Origin: Anaerovoracaceae bacterium
GTDB taxonomy: Bacteria > Bacillota > Clostridia > Peptostreptococcales > Anaerovoracaceae
Assembly: GCA_036660615.1 (NCBI GenBank)
Contig: JAVXAG010000001.1
Coordinates: 1-52,089 of the forward strand
Reading direction: 5' to 3'
DNA length: 52,089 nucleotides
Positions 19,984 through 28,674 of the stretch are shown here, one piece after another (position 1 is the first letter of the stretch; every line of letters begins with the position of its first letter). Below the pieces are notes generated by a model. That model was given only the letters and a program-made list of their open reading frames with translations. It was not told where the DNA came from and ran no database searches. The position numbers and the translations under genes are program-made.

Positions 19984-20796
19984 ATGGATAATAGACCTAT
20001 AGGATTTTTTGATTCAGGACTCGGAGGACTAACTTGTGTTCCACATTTGATGAGAAAAATTCCTAAAGAAAGAATTGTGTATTTTGGCGATACAGCCAGA
20101 ACACCATATGGATCCAAATCACCGGAAACTATAAAACAGTTCACTATGCAAATAGGCGAGTTCTTGGTAAAACAAAACGTCAAGATGATTGTAATTGCAT
20201 GCAATACAGTAAGTGCTACTTGTCTTGATGAACTGAAAAAAATGTATCCGGAGATACCGGTTGTCGGTATTATACAGCCAACAGCCAGACAGATTGCTAA
20301 TGCATCATTATCAACAGATAAGATAGGTATTATTGCAACCAAAGTAACCATACAAAGCAATGCTTACGAAAATATGATAAAGGAAATTAATCCAAATTTG
20401 CAATTATTTTCAGAAGCTTGCCCCGCGTTTGTTCCTTTGATAGAAGAGGGAATAATACAAAATGACATCATGAATCTTACGATAAAGTATTATCTTGAGG
20501 ATTTCATTAGTCAAAACAAAATCAATACCTTAGTTTTGGGATGTACTCATTATCCGCTAATTAGAAAAAACATCACAAAACTCTATCCTCAGCTAAAAAT
20601 TATCAATCCGTCAGAAGAAATAATAGATGAAATTGATGACGTGCTAAGAGATAAAGACCTTTATGCGGACAACCCTAACCAAGACAATGTTTTTTATGCC
20701 AGTGACCTTTCTGAGAACTTTGTAAATATGATACAAAAAATCTTGGAGACAGAACCTGACGATATTAACATTAAATTCAAAAACTTAGACATATAG
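19984..20796 (+). CDS. murI: Glutamate racemase
   Basis: Motifs FDSGLGGLT, IACNTVSA and LGCTHYPL. Confidence 0.95.
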   Translation: MDNRPIGFFDSGLGGLTCVPHLMRKIPKERIVYFGDTARTPYGSKSPETIKQFTMQIGEFLVKQNVKMIVIACNTVSATCLDELKKMYPEIPVVGIIQPTARQIANASLSTDKIGIIATKVTIQSNAYENMIKEINPNLQLFSEACPAFVPLIEEGIIQNDIMNLTIKYYLEDFISQNKINTLVLGCTHYPLIRKNITKLYPQLKIINPSEEIIDEIDDVLRDKDLYADNPNQDNVFYASDLSENFVNMIQKILETEPDDINIKFKNLDI

Positions 20797-20825
20797 ACTT
20801 AAAGAATAGACTAGGAGCAAAAACA

Positions 20826-21347
20826 ATGGATAAAGAAAGACTTTTTGAGATGCTGGACATAGAATCCGGTGCAGATTTTCAATATTTTGAGAACATATCA
20901 GAACTATTGGAATGTGATGAAGATATAGACAGCGAATTAATATATGAATTAATGACCGATGTTGACTTGGAGGTTTTCGCATCAATATGTGAAAACTATT
21001 TTGAGGATATTATGGAAGCAATTCCGGGCAACGATATTGATTTGTACACTCTTTTGGATAATATAAAACGTGCATTGATTGGAATGGCAAAGAGTCCACA
21101 GGACGACAAAACTTTGATTCACCTTTCGGATCAGCTGTGTAGTTTTAAAGAATGGTATTGCGATGACGACAATGTAAGTTGCCAAAACTCTGAAACTGGG
21201 GACACAAACTTTGTAAACGTTAGAGATGCTTTATTATTATCCAGATTGGAAAAATTAAATGGGGAAGCTTATACATATGACTTCACAAAAGCCTTGGAAT
21301 ACCAAATAGAAGAGTATATTATGACATTTGCTGATTTAATAGATTAA
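20826..21347 (+). CDS. Highly acidic hypothetical protein (173 aa)
   Basis: Long ORF in a coding-like frame with an AGGAGCAAAAACAATG RBS. It is rich in D/E and has no family I recognise. Confidence 0.6.
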   Translation: MDKERLFEMLDIESGADFQYFENISELLECDEDIDSELIYELMTDVDLEVFASICENYFEDIMEAIPGNDIDLYTLLDNIKRALIGMAKSPQDDKTLIHLSDQLCSFKEWYCDDDNVSCQNSETGDTNFVNVRDALLLSRLEKLNGEAYTYDFTKALEYQIEEYIMTFADLID

Positions 21348-21400
21348 CAAAATACACTGAACCTGCATAGTATAGGGTATAAAGTTATGGAGGTTTATTT

Positions 21401-21610
21401 ATGGGAGATAATAGAAATGAATGTTGCGACAGAGATAGAGTAGAATGTTGCGAAAAAGAATGTAATAGAAATTGCAGAGAGAGATATTGCCCTGAGCCAT
21501 GTTGCGAAGACAATAACATCTTGGGAATACTTATTTTCTTAGGAGTGCTGTACTTTTTATTCTGTAACAACAATAATGGAAGAGGCGGCCTTTTTGGTGG
21601 TTTATTCTAA
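21401..21610 (+). CDS. Cysteine-rich, C-terminally membrane-anchored small protein (69 aa)
   Basis: ATG follows a GGAGG RBS. There are 9 Cys in the first 35 residues (ECC, ECC, EC, NC, YC, PCC), then a hydrophobic helix ILGILIFLGVLYFLF and a G-rich tail. A terminator follows. Confidence 0.65.
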   Translation: MGDNRNECCDRDRVECCEKECNRNCRERYCPEPCCEDNNILGILIFLGVLYFLFCNNNNGRGGLFGGLF

Positions 21611-21637
21611 AAAAAAGACACATATTCCAATCAAAAG

Positions 21638-21663
21638 AGCAAGCATTATGCTTGCTTTTTTTT
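21638..21663 (+). terminator. Intrinsic terminator after the small Cys-rich gene
   Basis: AGCAAGCA-TTA-TGCTTGCT hairpin followed by T8. Confidence 0.8.
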
Positions 21664-21714
21664 ATAGTAAATGATAGTATAAATTGTAAATTTAAACAAG
21701 AAAAGAGATGAACT

Positions 21715-22650
21715 ATGGAAATATTAGATCGTAGCAATAAAAGACAGATGTATAAGCTTGGAATGTTAACAGCACTTGGCTGTAATTTTTTGTGGGGTTT
21801 TTTACCAATATATTGGCAAGCCCTAATTCCTATTGATTCTATGGTCATAATATTCTATAGAGTTTTACTTATGTTTGTGGTATGCCTTGTTATAGGGATA
21901 TGGCAATATGGCATAAAAGAAGTTTTTAAACCTATGTTTGAAGATAAAAAGCTTACTGTAAAATATATTTTGGCAGGTATTGTAATAACAATAAATTGGA
22001 GTCTTTATATTTGGGCAGTAAATGCAGGGTATGTAATACAGACTTGTATGGGATACTACCTTGAGCCACTTATTGTCTGCTCTTTTGGTGTGATTTTCTT
22101 CAAAGAAAAAGCTAATATTTGGAAAGGTGTTTCTTTGGTATTTGCTTGTGTTGGGCTTGCTATTATGGTAATTGGTTACGGTCAAATGCCTTTTATCGCA
22201 GTCGCTCTTGGACTATCATTTGCAACTTATGCAGCGATAAAAAAGAGTGTTTTTATCAGTCCAATATTGTCATTGCTTTATGAAACAACCTTCTTAGCAC
22301 CTATTGCACTAGGTTTTATTATTTACTATGAATTTAATGGAATTGGAGCTTTTGCGGTTGCAGACAATTTCCAAATAGGTTTGCTTTTCATGGCAGGTAT
22401 ATTTACAGCAACACCTATGGCACTTTATTCATTTGCAGCAAACAAATTACCACTGATTACTATTGGGCTTACTGAATATATTTCACCATCGATTACTTTG
22501 ATAATTGGTATTTTTATGTTCAAAGAACCTTTTGATATAATACAATTTACGTCGTTTGTAGTTATTTGGATAGGACTTGTGTTCTTCACTTATGGAGAAG
22601 TTAAAGAGATTAGACAAAGTAGGACGGAGGCAATTAGTGAAGAATCCTAA
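21715..22650 (+). CDS. rarD: EamA/DMT-family transporter, RarD-like
   Basis: Ten-TM protein with the RarD-type N-terminus GMLTALGCNFLWGFLPIYWQAL. Confidence 0.85.
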   Translation: MEILDRSNKRQMYKLGMLTALGCNFLWGFLPIYWQALIPIDSMVIIFYRVLLMFVVCLVIGIWQYGIKEVFKPMFEDKKLTVKYILAGIVITINWSLYIWAVNAGYVIQTCMGYYLEPLIVCSFGVIFFKEKANIWKGVSLVFACVGLAIMVIGYGQMPFIAVALGLSFATYAAIKKSVFISPILSLLYETTFLAPIALGFIIYYEFNGIGAFAVADNFQIGLLFMAGIFTATPMALYSFAANKLPLITIGLTEYISPSITLIIGIFMFKEPFDIIQFTSFVVIWIGLVFFTYGEVKEIRQSRTEAISEES

Positions 22651-24649
22651 ATTAAGCTTTTTTAGTGTGGCATTAATGTATGTTGGCACCATTATGGGTG
22701 CTGGCTTTGCTTCTGGTAGGGAAATATGGCAATTCTTTGGAGTGTTTGGTAATAGAGCATATGTAGGGGTTATCTTTGTAGGAATACTCTTTATGATTAT
22801 GGGAATGATGACAAGCTATATTGCCAGAGAGTTAAATACCAACGATATGGGTAGGGTCATTGTGCCTGGAAACAATAAAATAATGGTTGAGTTTGTCGGA
22901 TGTTTTATGGCGTTGATTTTATTTACTGTCCTTATTACAATGTCGGCGGCGGGTGGCTCAATCTTTCATCAACAGTTTGGACAAAGCCGAGTAATAGGTG
23001 GAGTTATAATAATTGTTCTTGTAATTGTAACAGTTCTTGGGGAGTTTGAGCGAGTATCAAAAGTATTTAGATTTATTATGCCAGTCCTATTTGTAATAGT
23101 AATAGGCGTTAGTTTGCTAGTAATCTTTATGGATTTAGGAGATTCAGGGTATACTGATGCAATCAAACCAAGTCCAATGGCTTCAACTTGGTGGCTAGCG
23201 GCATTCTTATACATTTCATATAATATTTTAGCATTAATTCCAATTGTTGCGACTGCTTCGATAAACGCAAAAGATGAAAAAAGTGCTATCTTTGGAACAG
23301 GTCTTGGTGGAATGCTCCTTGGAATATTGGCACTGGTATTGGTTCTTGCATTGCAGACAGATATGCCGTTTTCTCAGGCTTTGGATATGCCAATGCTAGG
23401 ATATTCTGCAAGAATTTCCAAAGTAGTTAACTTGGTTTATACAATTGTTCTTATGATTGCAGTTTATTCATCTGCAACTAGTAATTTTTATGGGTTCACA
23501 ACAAAGATAAAAGAATCACCAAAGAAAAAATACATCATAATAGTTGTATCATGGATTGGATTCTTCTTTGGACTTGTTGGATTTAAAAACGTAGTAGCTT
23601 ATATGTTCCCAGTGGAAGGATTCTTGGGATTTGTAATAATATTTATGATAATTATAAACTTCTTTAAGGTTTATACTGATAAAAGAAAGCGAACTAACAA
23701 TATGGAAAAGAAAGAGTTCAGTAGCGATATTTATGTTGACTTTGAGAACCACAACCGATTTGGATATCCTGAAAACTTTGTTAGAGTAACGGCAGGGTTT
23801 GGTGGAGAAGCCTTATTGATATTTGGCAGTGAAAAAACAGCCTTATATGATTGTGGTATGGCATACTGCCACAAAAGGCTAGTGAACAATATAGAAACCG
23901 CCTTAAAAGAATTTGGACGAGAAAAAATTGACTATGTATTACTTTCACACAGTCACTACGATCATATAGGTGCATTACCATATGTACTTGAAAAGTGGTT
24001 AGATGCAGAAATCTGTGCTTCTAAAAAGACAAAAGAGATTCTTGTAAGAGAAGGTGCGTTAAAAACAATTAAAGAACTGGGAGAGACTGCAAGGGATCAA
24101 TTTGGTGATGAGGAAGAAAAACAAGAATTAATTTCTGTGGCAAACTTCCGAGTTGATAGAGTATTGAAAGAAATGGATCAAATTTCACTTGGAATTGAAT
24201 ATTTTGTCGTACTTGAAACAAAAGGCCACACAGATTGTTCACTGACTTTTGTATTAGAGCCAGAAAAAATTATGTTTACTTCAGAAAGTACGGGAGTTCT
24301 TAGAAACAAAAGCTATATTCATACAGCTATTTTAAAAGATTATGACGAAACAATAGAATCTGCTGAGAAGTGCAAAGCTTACGGTGCAAAACAAATTGTA
24401 GCGCCACACTACGGAATAGTACCAAAAGAATTTACAGATCAATTCTTTGAATTATACAAGAAAGCAGCAGTTGAAGAAAAAGATTTTATCCTTGACTGCA
24501 AAAATAAAAATATGACTTTTGACCAGATAACAAAGGCTCATGAAGAAAAATATTGGTCGGAACAAAGAGGCAGGGCACAGCCTAAAGAAGCTTATGCATT
24601 AAATGCTCAATATACAATAAAACATATACTTGAGCATTGTAGACGATGA
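22637..24649 (+). CDS. Fusion protein: YkvI-like polytopic membrane (transporter-like) domain plus a C-terminal metallo-beta-lactamase-fold hydrolase domain
   Basis: GTG start 7 nt after GGAGG, overlapping rarD by 14 nt. The N-terminal motif GAGFASGREIWQFFG resembles YkvI. The C-terminal part has the LLSHSHYDHIG (HxHxDH) MBL motif and a later KGHTDCS. Confidence 0.8.
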   Translation: MKNPKLSFFSVALMYVGTIMGAGFASGREIWQFFGVFGNRAYVGVIFVGILFMIMGMMTSYIARELNTNDMGRVIVPGNNKIMVEFVGCFMALILFTVLITMSAAGGSIFHQQFGQSRVIGGVIIIVLVIVTVLGEFERVSKVFRFIMPVLFVIVIGVSLLVIFMDLGDSGYTDAIKPSPMASTWWLAAFLYISYNILALIPIVATASINAKDEKSAIFGTGLGGMLLGILALVLVLALQTDMPFSQALDMPMLGYSARISKVVNLVYTIVLMIAVYSSATSNFYGFTTKIKESPKKKYIIIVVSWIGFFFGLVGFKNVVAYMFPVEGFLGFVIIFMIIINFFKVYTDKRKRTNNMEKKEFSSDIYVDFENHNRFGYPENFVRVTAGFGGEALLIFGSEKTALYDCGMAYCHKRLVNNIETALKEFGREKIDYVLLSHSHYDHIGALPYVLEKWLDAEICASKKTKEILVREGALKTIKELGETARDQFGDEEEKQELISVANFRVDRVLKEMDQISLGIEYFVVLETKGHTDCSLTFVLEPEKIMFTSESTGVLRNKSYIHTAILKDYDETIESAEKCKAYGAKQIVAPHYGIVPKEFTDQFFELYKKAAVEEKDFILDCKNKNMTFDQITKAHEEKYWSEQRGRAQPKEAYALNAQYTIKHILEHCRR

Positions 24650-24665
24650 AAATGAGTGGAGCAAT

Positions 24666-25550
24666 ATGAAAAAGAAAACTGCCATATGTATAGCCTTGAC
24701 CTTTGCAATAGCAATATTCGTAGGGTGTGGCAAAGATGAGCAAATTGATACAAAGGATATAGTTTTGCAAAATGATTTAGGCACTTATACTAGTGCGCAG
24801 ATTGTTATGCCAAAAGAATTTGATGGAAAGATGCCACTTGTAACAATTGGACATGGATATAAGGGGACAATGAATAGTGGTGGAGCCAAAGAACTGGCAC
24901 AAAGACTTGCAGCAGAGGGAATTGCCACAATACGAATGAACTACAATCACTATAATACAAAAGATATGTCTGAAACAACCAACCGTTACACTCTAAATAC
25001 AATGATAAAAGACCAACTTCTATGTATTGACTATATGTGTAAAAATTATAGTATAGATAATGAAAAAATAGGACTTTATGCCAGAAGTATGGGTGGCAGA
25101 GCAGCTATGACAATGGCAAATGAAAATATAGGTGGCTACAATTACAAAGCGCTTGCTTTAGTAGCACCAGCGGGCAACAAAGATGCAATGGAATATTATA
25201 TGGGTGGAAAAGACAAGTGGACTAATATGAAAGAGCAGGCAAAGAAAAATGGTTTTATTCTACATCAAGGAATTGAGTTGACAGAGGAATGGTTTACGGA
25301 ATTCGAGGAATACAATCCTGCTGCCAATGGATATAAATTCAACAATCAAGTTTTGGTAATATATAATACATTGGATAATGTAGTTACTGCACATACTAGC
25401 AAAGAATGTGCGAGAGGCTATAAAAATGTTGAAACTGTTCAGGTTACAACTGATAATGGACATGGATATGAAATGAGCTACGAGGATTCTGAAATAAAAG
25501 AAGAATTAATGAATAAAATTGTAGATTTTTTTAAAAGAATGAGTGAGTAA
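24666..25550 (+). CDS. Alpha/beta-hydrolase lipoprotein
   Basis: Lipobox signal MKKKTAICIALTFAIAIFVGC. Nucleophile-elbow-like GLYARSMGG. The start was moved from ATG 24630 to ATG 24666. Confidence 0.75.
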   Translation: MKKKTAICIALTFAIAIFVGCGKDEQIDTKDIVLQNDLGTYTSAQIVMPKEFDGKMPLVTIGHGYKGTMNSGGAKELAQRLAAEGIATIRMNYNHYNTKDMSETTNRYTLNTMIKDQLLCIDYMCKNYSIDNEKIGLYARSMGGRAAMTMANENIGGYNYKALALVAPAGNKDAMEYYMGGKDKWTNMKEQAKKNGFILHQGIELTEEWFTEFEEYNPAANGYKFNNQVLVIYNTLDNVVTAHTSKECARGYKNVETVQVTTDNGHGYEMSYEDSEIKEELMNKIVDFFKRMSE

Positions 25551-25578
25551 AGAACAGCATTATTACGAAGAAAATAAA

Positions 25579-25620
25579 AAGAGGCGTCCACTAGTTATGT
25601 ATAATTAGTGAAACAGCCTC
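25579..25620. terminator. Imperfect hairpin in the convergent gap, a probable bidirectional terminator
   Basis: AGAGGC...GCCTCT outer stem with an inner CACTA/TAGTG pairing. A-run upstream and CTTTT downstream. Confidence 0.45.
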
Positions 25621-25630
25621 TCTTTTAATC

Positions 25631-26644
25631 TTATCTTCTCGGTTGAGGTCTTCTTGCCGGCTGATTTCCATAGTCGCAGCCACATTTGTCATCATCTTTA
25701 TCATCACATTGACATTCACATTCTTTTTCTGGGCAACCACAGTTTTCTATGGTATCACATGGTTTTATTTGGTTTGGAAACAGTCCGGGGAAAGTCGTAC
25801 AAATTGCATTTGCTTGTGGTGTCAATTTGGCATATCCTGTGGATAAAACACATAATTGAACTGGTACCACAACTTTCTTTTCACAGGTTACGCATATAGC
25901 AATAATCAAATTACCACTTACGCAACCATCGGGACTGATGCACAAATCTCTCCCAAGATTGTTTGTCGCAAGCCTTGCTTCACAAGCTGAATTACAGAAT
26001 TCTGTAAACCTAGGCAAAAATGCAGTGTCGATAGTCGATGGCATACAAATTTCAAAGAAGTTTGTAAGAACCAAAGGCGCATCTTTACATGCTATATTTA
26101 CATCAGTACAGATTGTAAAAGTTACTTCATTATTGCAACTGTCACATAATAACAGATCGATTTCTACAATAATATTTCCCGAGATTGAAATGCTTTGAGT
26201 TCCAAAGATTGGAGTACCCTTGCATTTATCGTCACATTCGGTTGTGTCTGCATATAATATTTTTTCTGAGAATGTACCATCAGCACCTACTGCCTTTAAG
26301 TAATCACCGGAACAATTTTGTAAGAACGTTGCACCGGAAATGCTTGTGTTTAAATCCAAAGTGAGATTTTTAGGATCATCAACATTGGAAGGATTAAAAA
26401 ACCTCTTACATCTAACATCAATAACACGTTTCACTCTGTGATGAGGTGGGATGTTAGGTCGGAATACTTGGTCTTCTATAGACTTCATACCTTGTAAATG
26501 AAACAAGACTGCGTCAAAGACCTTTTGAACATAAATGGGTTCGCTCACCAAATTACTAATATCACCATCAAACTCACATAAAGTGTTTGCATTACAGCAA
26601 TTTTGATAGAGGTCTGGTGTTACTCTTCCACCAAAGCAACTCAT
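25631..26644 (-). CDS. Cysteine-rich protein of unknown function (337 aa, 29 Cys by my count), no signal peptide
   Basis: Strong AAGGAGG RBS 8 nt before the ATG. The N-terminus is MSCFGG...NCCNANTLC. Cys residues are scattered through a beta-like core, and the C-terminus is CGCPEKECECQCDDKDDDKCGCDYGN followed by PARRPQPRR. Confidence 0.75.
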   Translation of the reverse strand: MSCFGGRVTPDLYQNCCNANTLCEFDGDISNLVSEPIYVQKVFDAVLFHLQGMKSIEDQVFRPNIPPHHRVKRVIDVRCKRFFNPSNVDDPKNLTLDLNTSISGATFLQNCSGDYLKAVGADGTFSEKILYADTTECDDKCKGTPIFGTQSISISGNIIVEIDLLLCDSCNNEVTFTICTDVNIACKDAPLVLTNFFEICMPSTIDTAFLPRFTEFCNSACEARLATNNLGRDLCISPDGCVSGNLIIAICVTCEKKVVVPVQLCVLSTGYAKLTPQANAICTTFPGLFPNQIKPCDTIENCGCPEKECECQCDDKDDDKCGCDYGNQPARRPQPRR

Positions 26645-26743
26645 ATATATACCTCCTTATTTGCTACATAATCTTTCTTGAATAGTATATGAATTAGTGG
26701 CAAAGTGTGTTACAATATTGCCTATAAAATTAAGGAGAGACTG

Positions 26744-26965
26744 ATGAATAACCAAGAAGATGAGATTAAAGAACAGGAAAAAGAAAAAAAGAGTTACAGA
26801 AAGGCCAGCTTTGTAATAGTAGCTTTGGTACTAGTATTATTTACCGGTGTGCTATATATTACAGGGGTAATTGGTCAGCATTTTGGGATTATGTTTGAGA
26901 ATATTTCTTTAGCTGTAATAGGAGTAATCTTGGCAATTATGTTAGTAAAAAATAAATCAAAATAG
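26744..26965 (+). CDS. Small membrane protein (73 aa) with a charged N-terminus and two TM helices
   Basis: ATG follows AAGGAGAGA, so the start was moved from GTG 26705. Hydrophobic segments are FVIVALVLVLFTGVLYITGVI and ISLAVIGVILAIMLV. Confidence 0.55.
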   Translation: MNNQEDEIKEQEKEKKSYRKASFVIVALVLVLFTGVLYITGVIGQHFGIMFENISLAVIGVILAIMLVKNKSK

Positions 26966-26977
26966 AGGTTAAATAAT

Positions 26978-28228
26978 ATGATTAAAATTAGAGAATTAAA
27001 ATCAGGGATAAGAATTGTAATGGAAGAAATTCCATATGTGCAATCAGTATCGCTGGGTATTTGGGTAAAAACTGGAGCTGTAGATGAACAAGAAAAAAAC
27101 TCTGGAGTATCACATTTTATTGAGCATATGATGTTCAAAGGTACAGAAAAGAGAACTTCAAGACAAATTGCAGAGGACATCGACAAAATAGGGGGCCAGA
27201 TAAATGCTTTTACAGGAAAAGAAGCGACTTGCTATTACGTTAAGACTTTATATAATAACTTTGAAAAAGGTGCAGATGTTCTGGTAGATATGTTGACAGA
27301 ATCACTCTTTGATAAAAAAGAGATGGATAAAGAAAGACAAGTAATATGTGAAGAAATCAAAATGACATTAGATTCCCCTGAGGACTTGGTACACGATACC
27401 ATAACTTCACAGGTTTTTAAGGGTAATGCTCTTGGAAAATCCATTATAGGGACGCCAACATCCTTAAAGAATATAACAAGAAATGCTATAAAAAAATATC
27501 TTGAAGAAGAATATACCAGAGATAACATTGTTATATCCGTAGCAGGGAAAATTGATGAAGAGAAAATATGTCAATACTTTGAAGATAAATTATTGACCTT
27601 AGCTCCTAAGAAAGAAAAAAAAGAAACGATTTTGATGCCTTACGAAAAAAGTTTTAAAGTGATTACAAAAGACATTGAACAAACGCATATTTGCCTTGGA
27701 ACAAAGGGTATAAAGACAACGGACGATAGATACTATGCGTTCTCAATACTGAACAATATAATGGGTGGAAGTATGAGTTCTCGTTTTTTCCAAAATATTA
27801 GAGAAGAAAAAGGCTTGGCATATTCCGTATATTCTATGTCAAACAGTTTTAGCAACGACGGTTATTACAATATTTACGCCGGAGTTAGCCACAACAAAAT
27901 AAAAGATGCAATAAATGGAATAAAAGAAGAACTAATGATTTTAGATAAAAGTGGAGTGACAAAAGAGGAACTTGAAACTTCCAAGGAACAGATGAAAGGT
28001 AGCTATATTTTCTCTCAGGAAAGTGTAGCAGGACGTATGTTTGCAATCGGTAAAAATATTGCTTTGCTTGATAGAGTGTACACCTTAGACGATGTAATCA
28101 AAGGAATCGACAGTGTAACAATGGAAGATATTGAAGAAGCTAAGAAAATAATTTGCGACATAGACAATTACTCAGCGGTAGTTGTTTCGGACAAAAAAAC
28201 ACCTCTTAGAAAAATAATGGAAGGTTAA
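26978..28228 (+). CDS. M16-family (pitrilysin/insulinase-like) zinc peptidase
   Basis: Inverted zinc motif HFIEHMMFKGT (HxxEH), 416 aa. Confidence 0.9.
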   Translation: MIKIRELKSGIRIVMEEIPYVQSVSLGIWVKTGAVDEQEKNSGVSHFIEHMMFKGTEKRTSRQIAEDIDKIGGQINAFTGKEATCYYVKTLYNNFEKGADVLVDMLTESLFDKKEMDKERQVICEEIKMTLDSPEDLVHDTITSQVFKGNALGKSIIGTPTSLKNITRNAIKKYLEEEYTRDNIVISVAGKIDEEKICQYFEDKLLTLAPKKEKKETILMPYEKSFKVITKDIEQTHICLGTKGIKTTDDRYYAFSILNNIMGGSMSSRFFQNIREEKGLAYSVYSMSNSFSNDGYYNIYAGVSHNKIKDAINGIKEELMILDKSGVTKEELETSKEQMKGSYIFSQESVAGRMFAIGKNIALLDRVYTLDDVIKGIDSVTMEDIEEAKKIICDIDNYSAVVVSDKKTPLRKIMEG

Positions 28229-28229
28229 T

Positions 28230-28661
28230 ATGAAAATAAACATAGTATCAAAGAGTGGAATATTACCAAAGTATGAGACAGAGGGATCAGCAGGAGTAGA
28301 CTTGAGAGCTTTTCTTGATAAACCAATTGTCCTAAAACCAGGGGACAGAAGTCTTGTACCTACAGGACTATTTATAGAAGTACCGGTGGGATACGAGGCT
28401 CAGGTAAGAGCTAGGAGTGGTCTTGCTATAAAATATGGTATTGGACTTGTAAATGGAATTGGAACGGTGGACTCGGATTACAGGGGAGAACTTAACATTC
28501 CTATGATAAACTGGGGCAATGAAGATTTTGTCATAAATAGCGGAGATAGAATAGCTCAGATGGTCATTAATAAATATGAAAAAGTGCAGTTCCAACTATC
28601 AGAGGAACTTAGCGAAACAGACAGAGGTGCTGGTGGCTTTGGACACACAGGCATAAAATAA
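28230..28661 (+). CDS. dut: dUTP diphosphatase
   Basis: Trimeric dUTPase motifs AGVDLRA, RARSGLA, GTVDSDYRGE and the C-terminal RGAGGFGHTG. Confidence 0.95.
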   Translation: MKINIVSKSGILPKYETEGSAGVDLRAFLDKPIVLKPGDRSLVPTGLFIEVPVGYEAQVRARSGLAIKYGIGLVNGIGTVDSDYRGELNIPMINWGNEDFVINSGDRIAQMVINKYEKVQFQLSEELSETDRGAGGFGHTGIK

Positions 28662-28674
28662 ATAGGAGTAATAA

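Noticed and set aside
26683-26691. CATATACTA on the minus strand about 40 nt upstream of the 337-aa Cys-rich gene, matching the mother-cell SigK-type -10 pattern CATA-N3-TA with an AC about 17 nt upstream
   Set aside because: The motif is short and degenerate, so it is expected by chance in AT-rich DNA. No sporulation gene in the window confirms that the organism sporulates. It is kept only as a hint, not as evidence.
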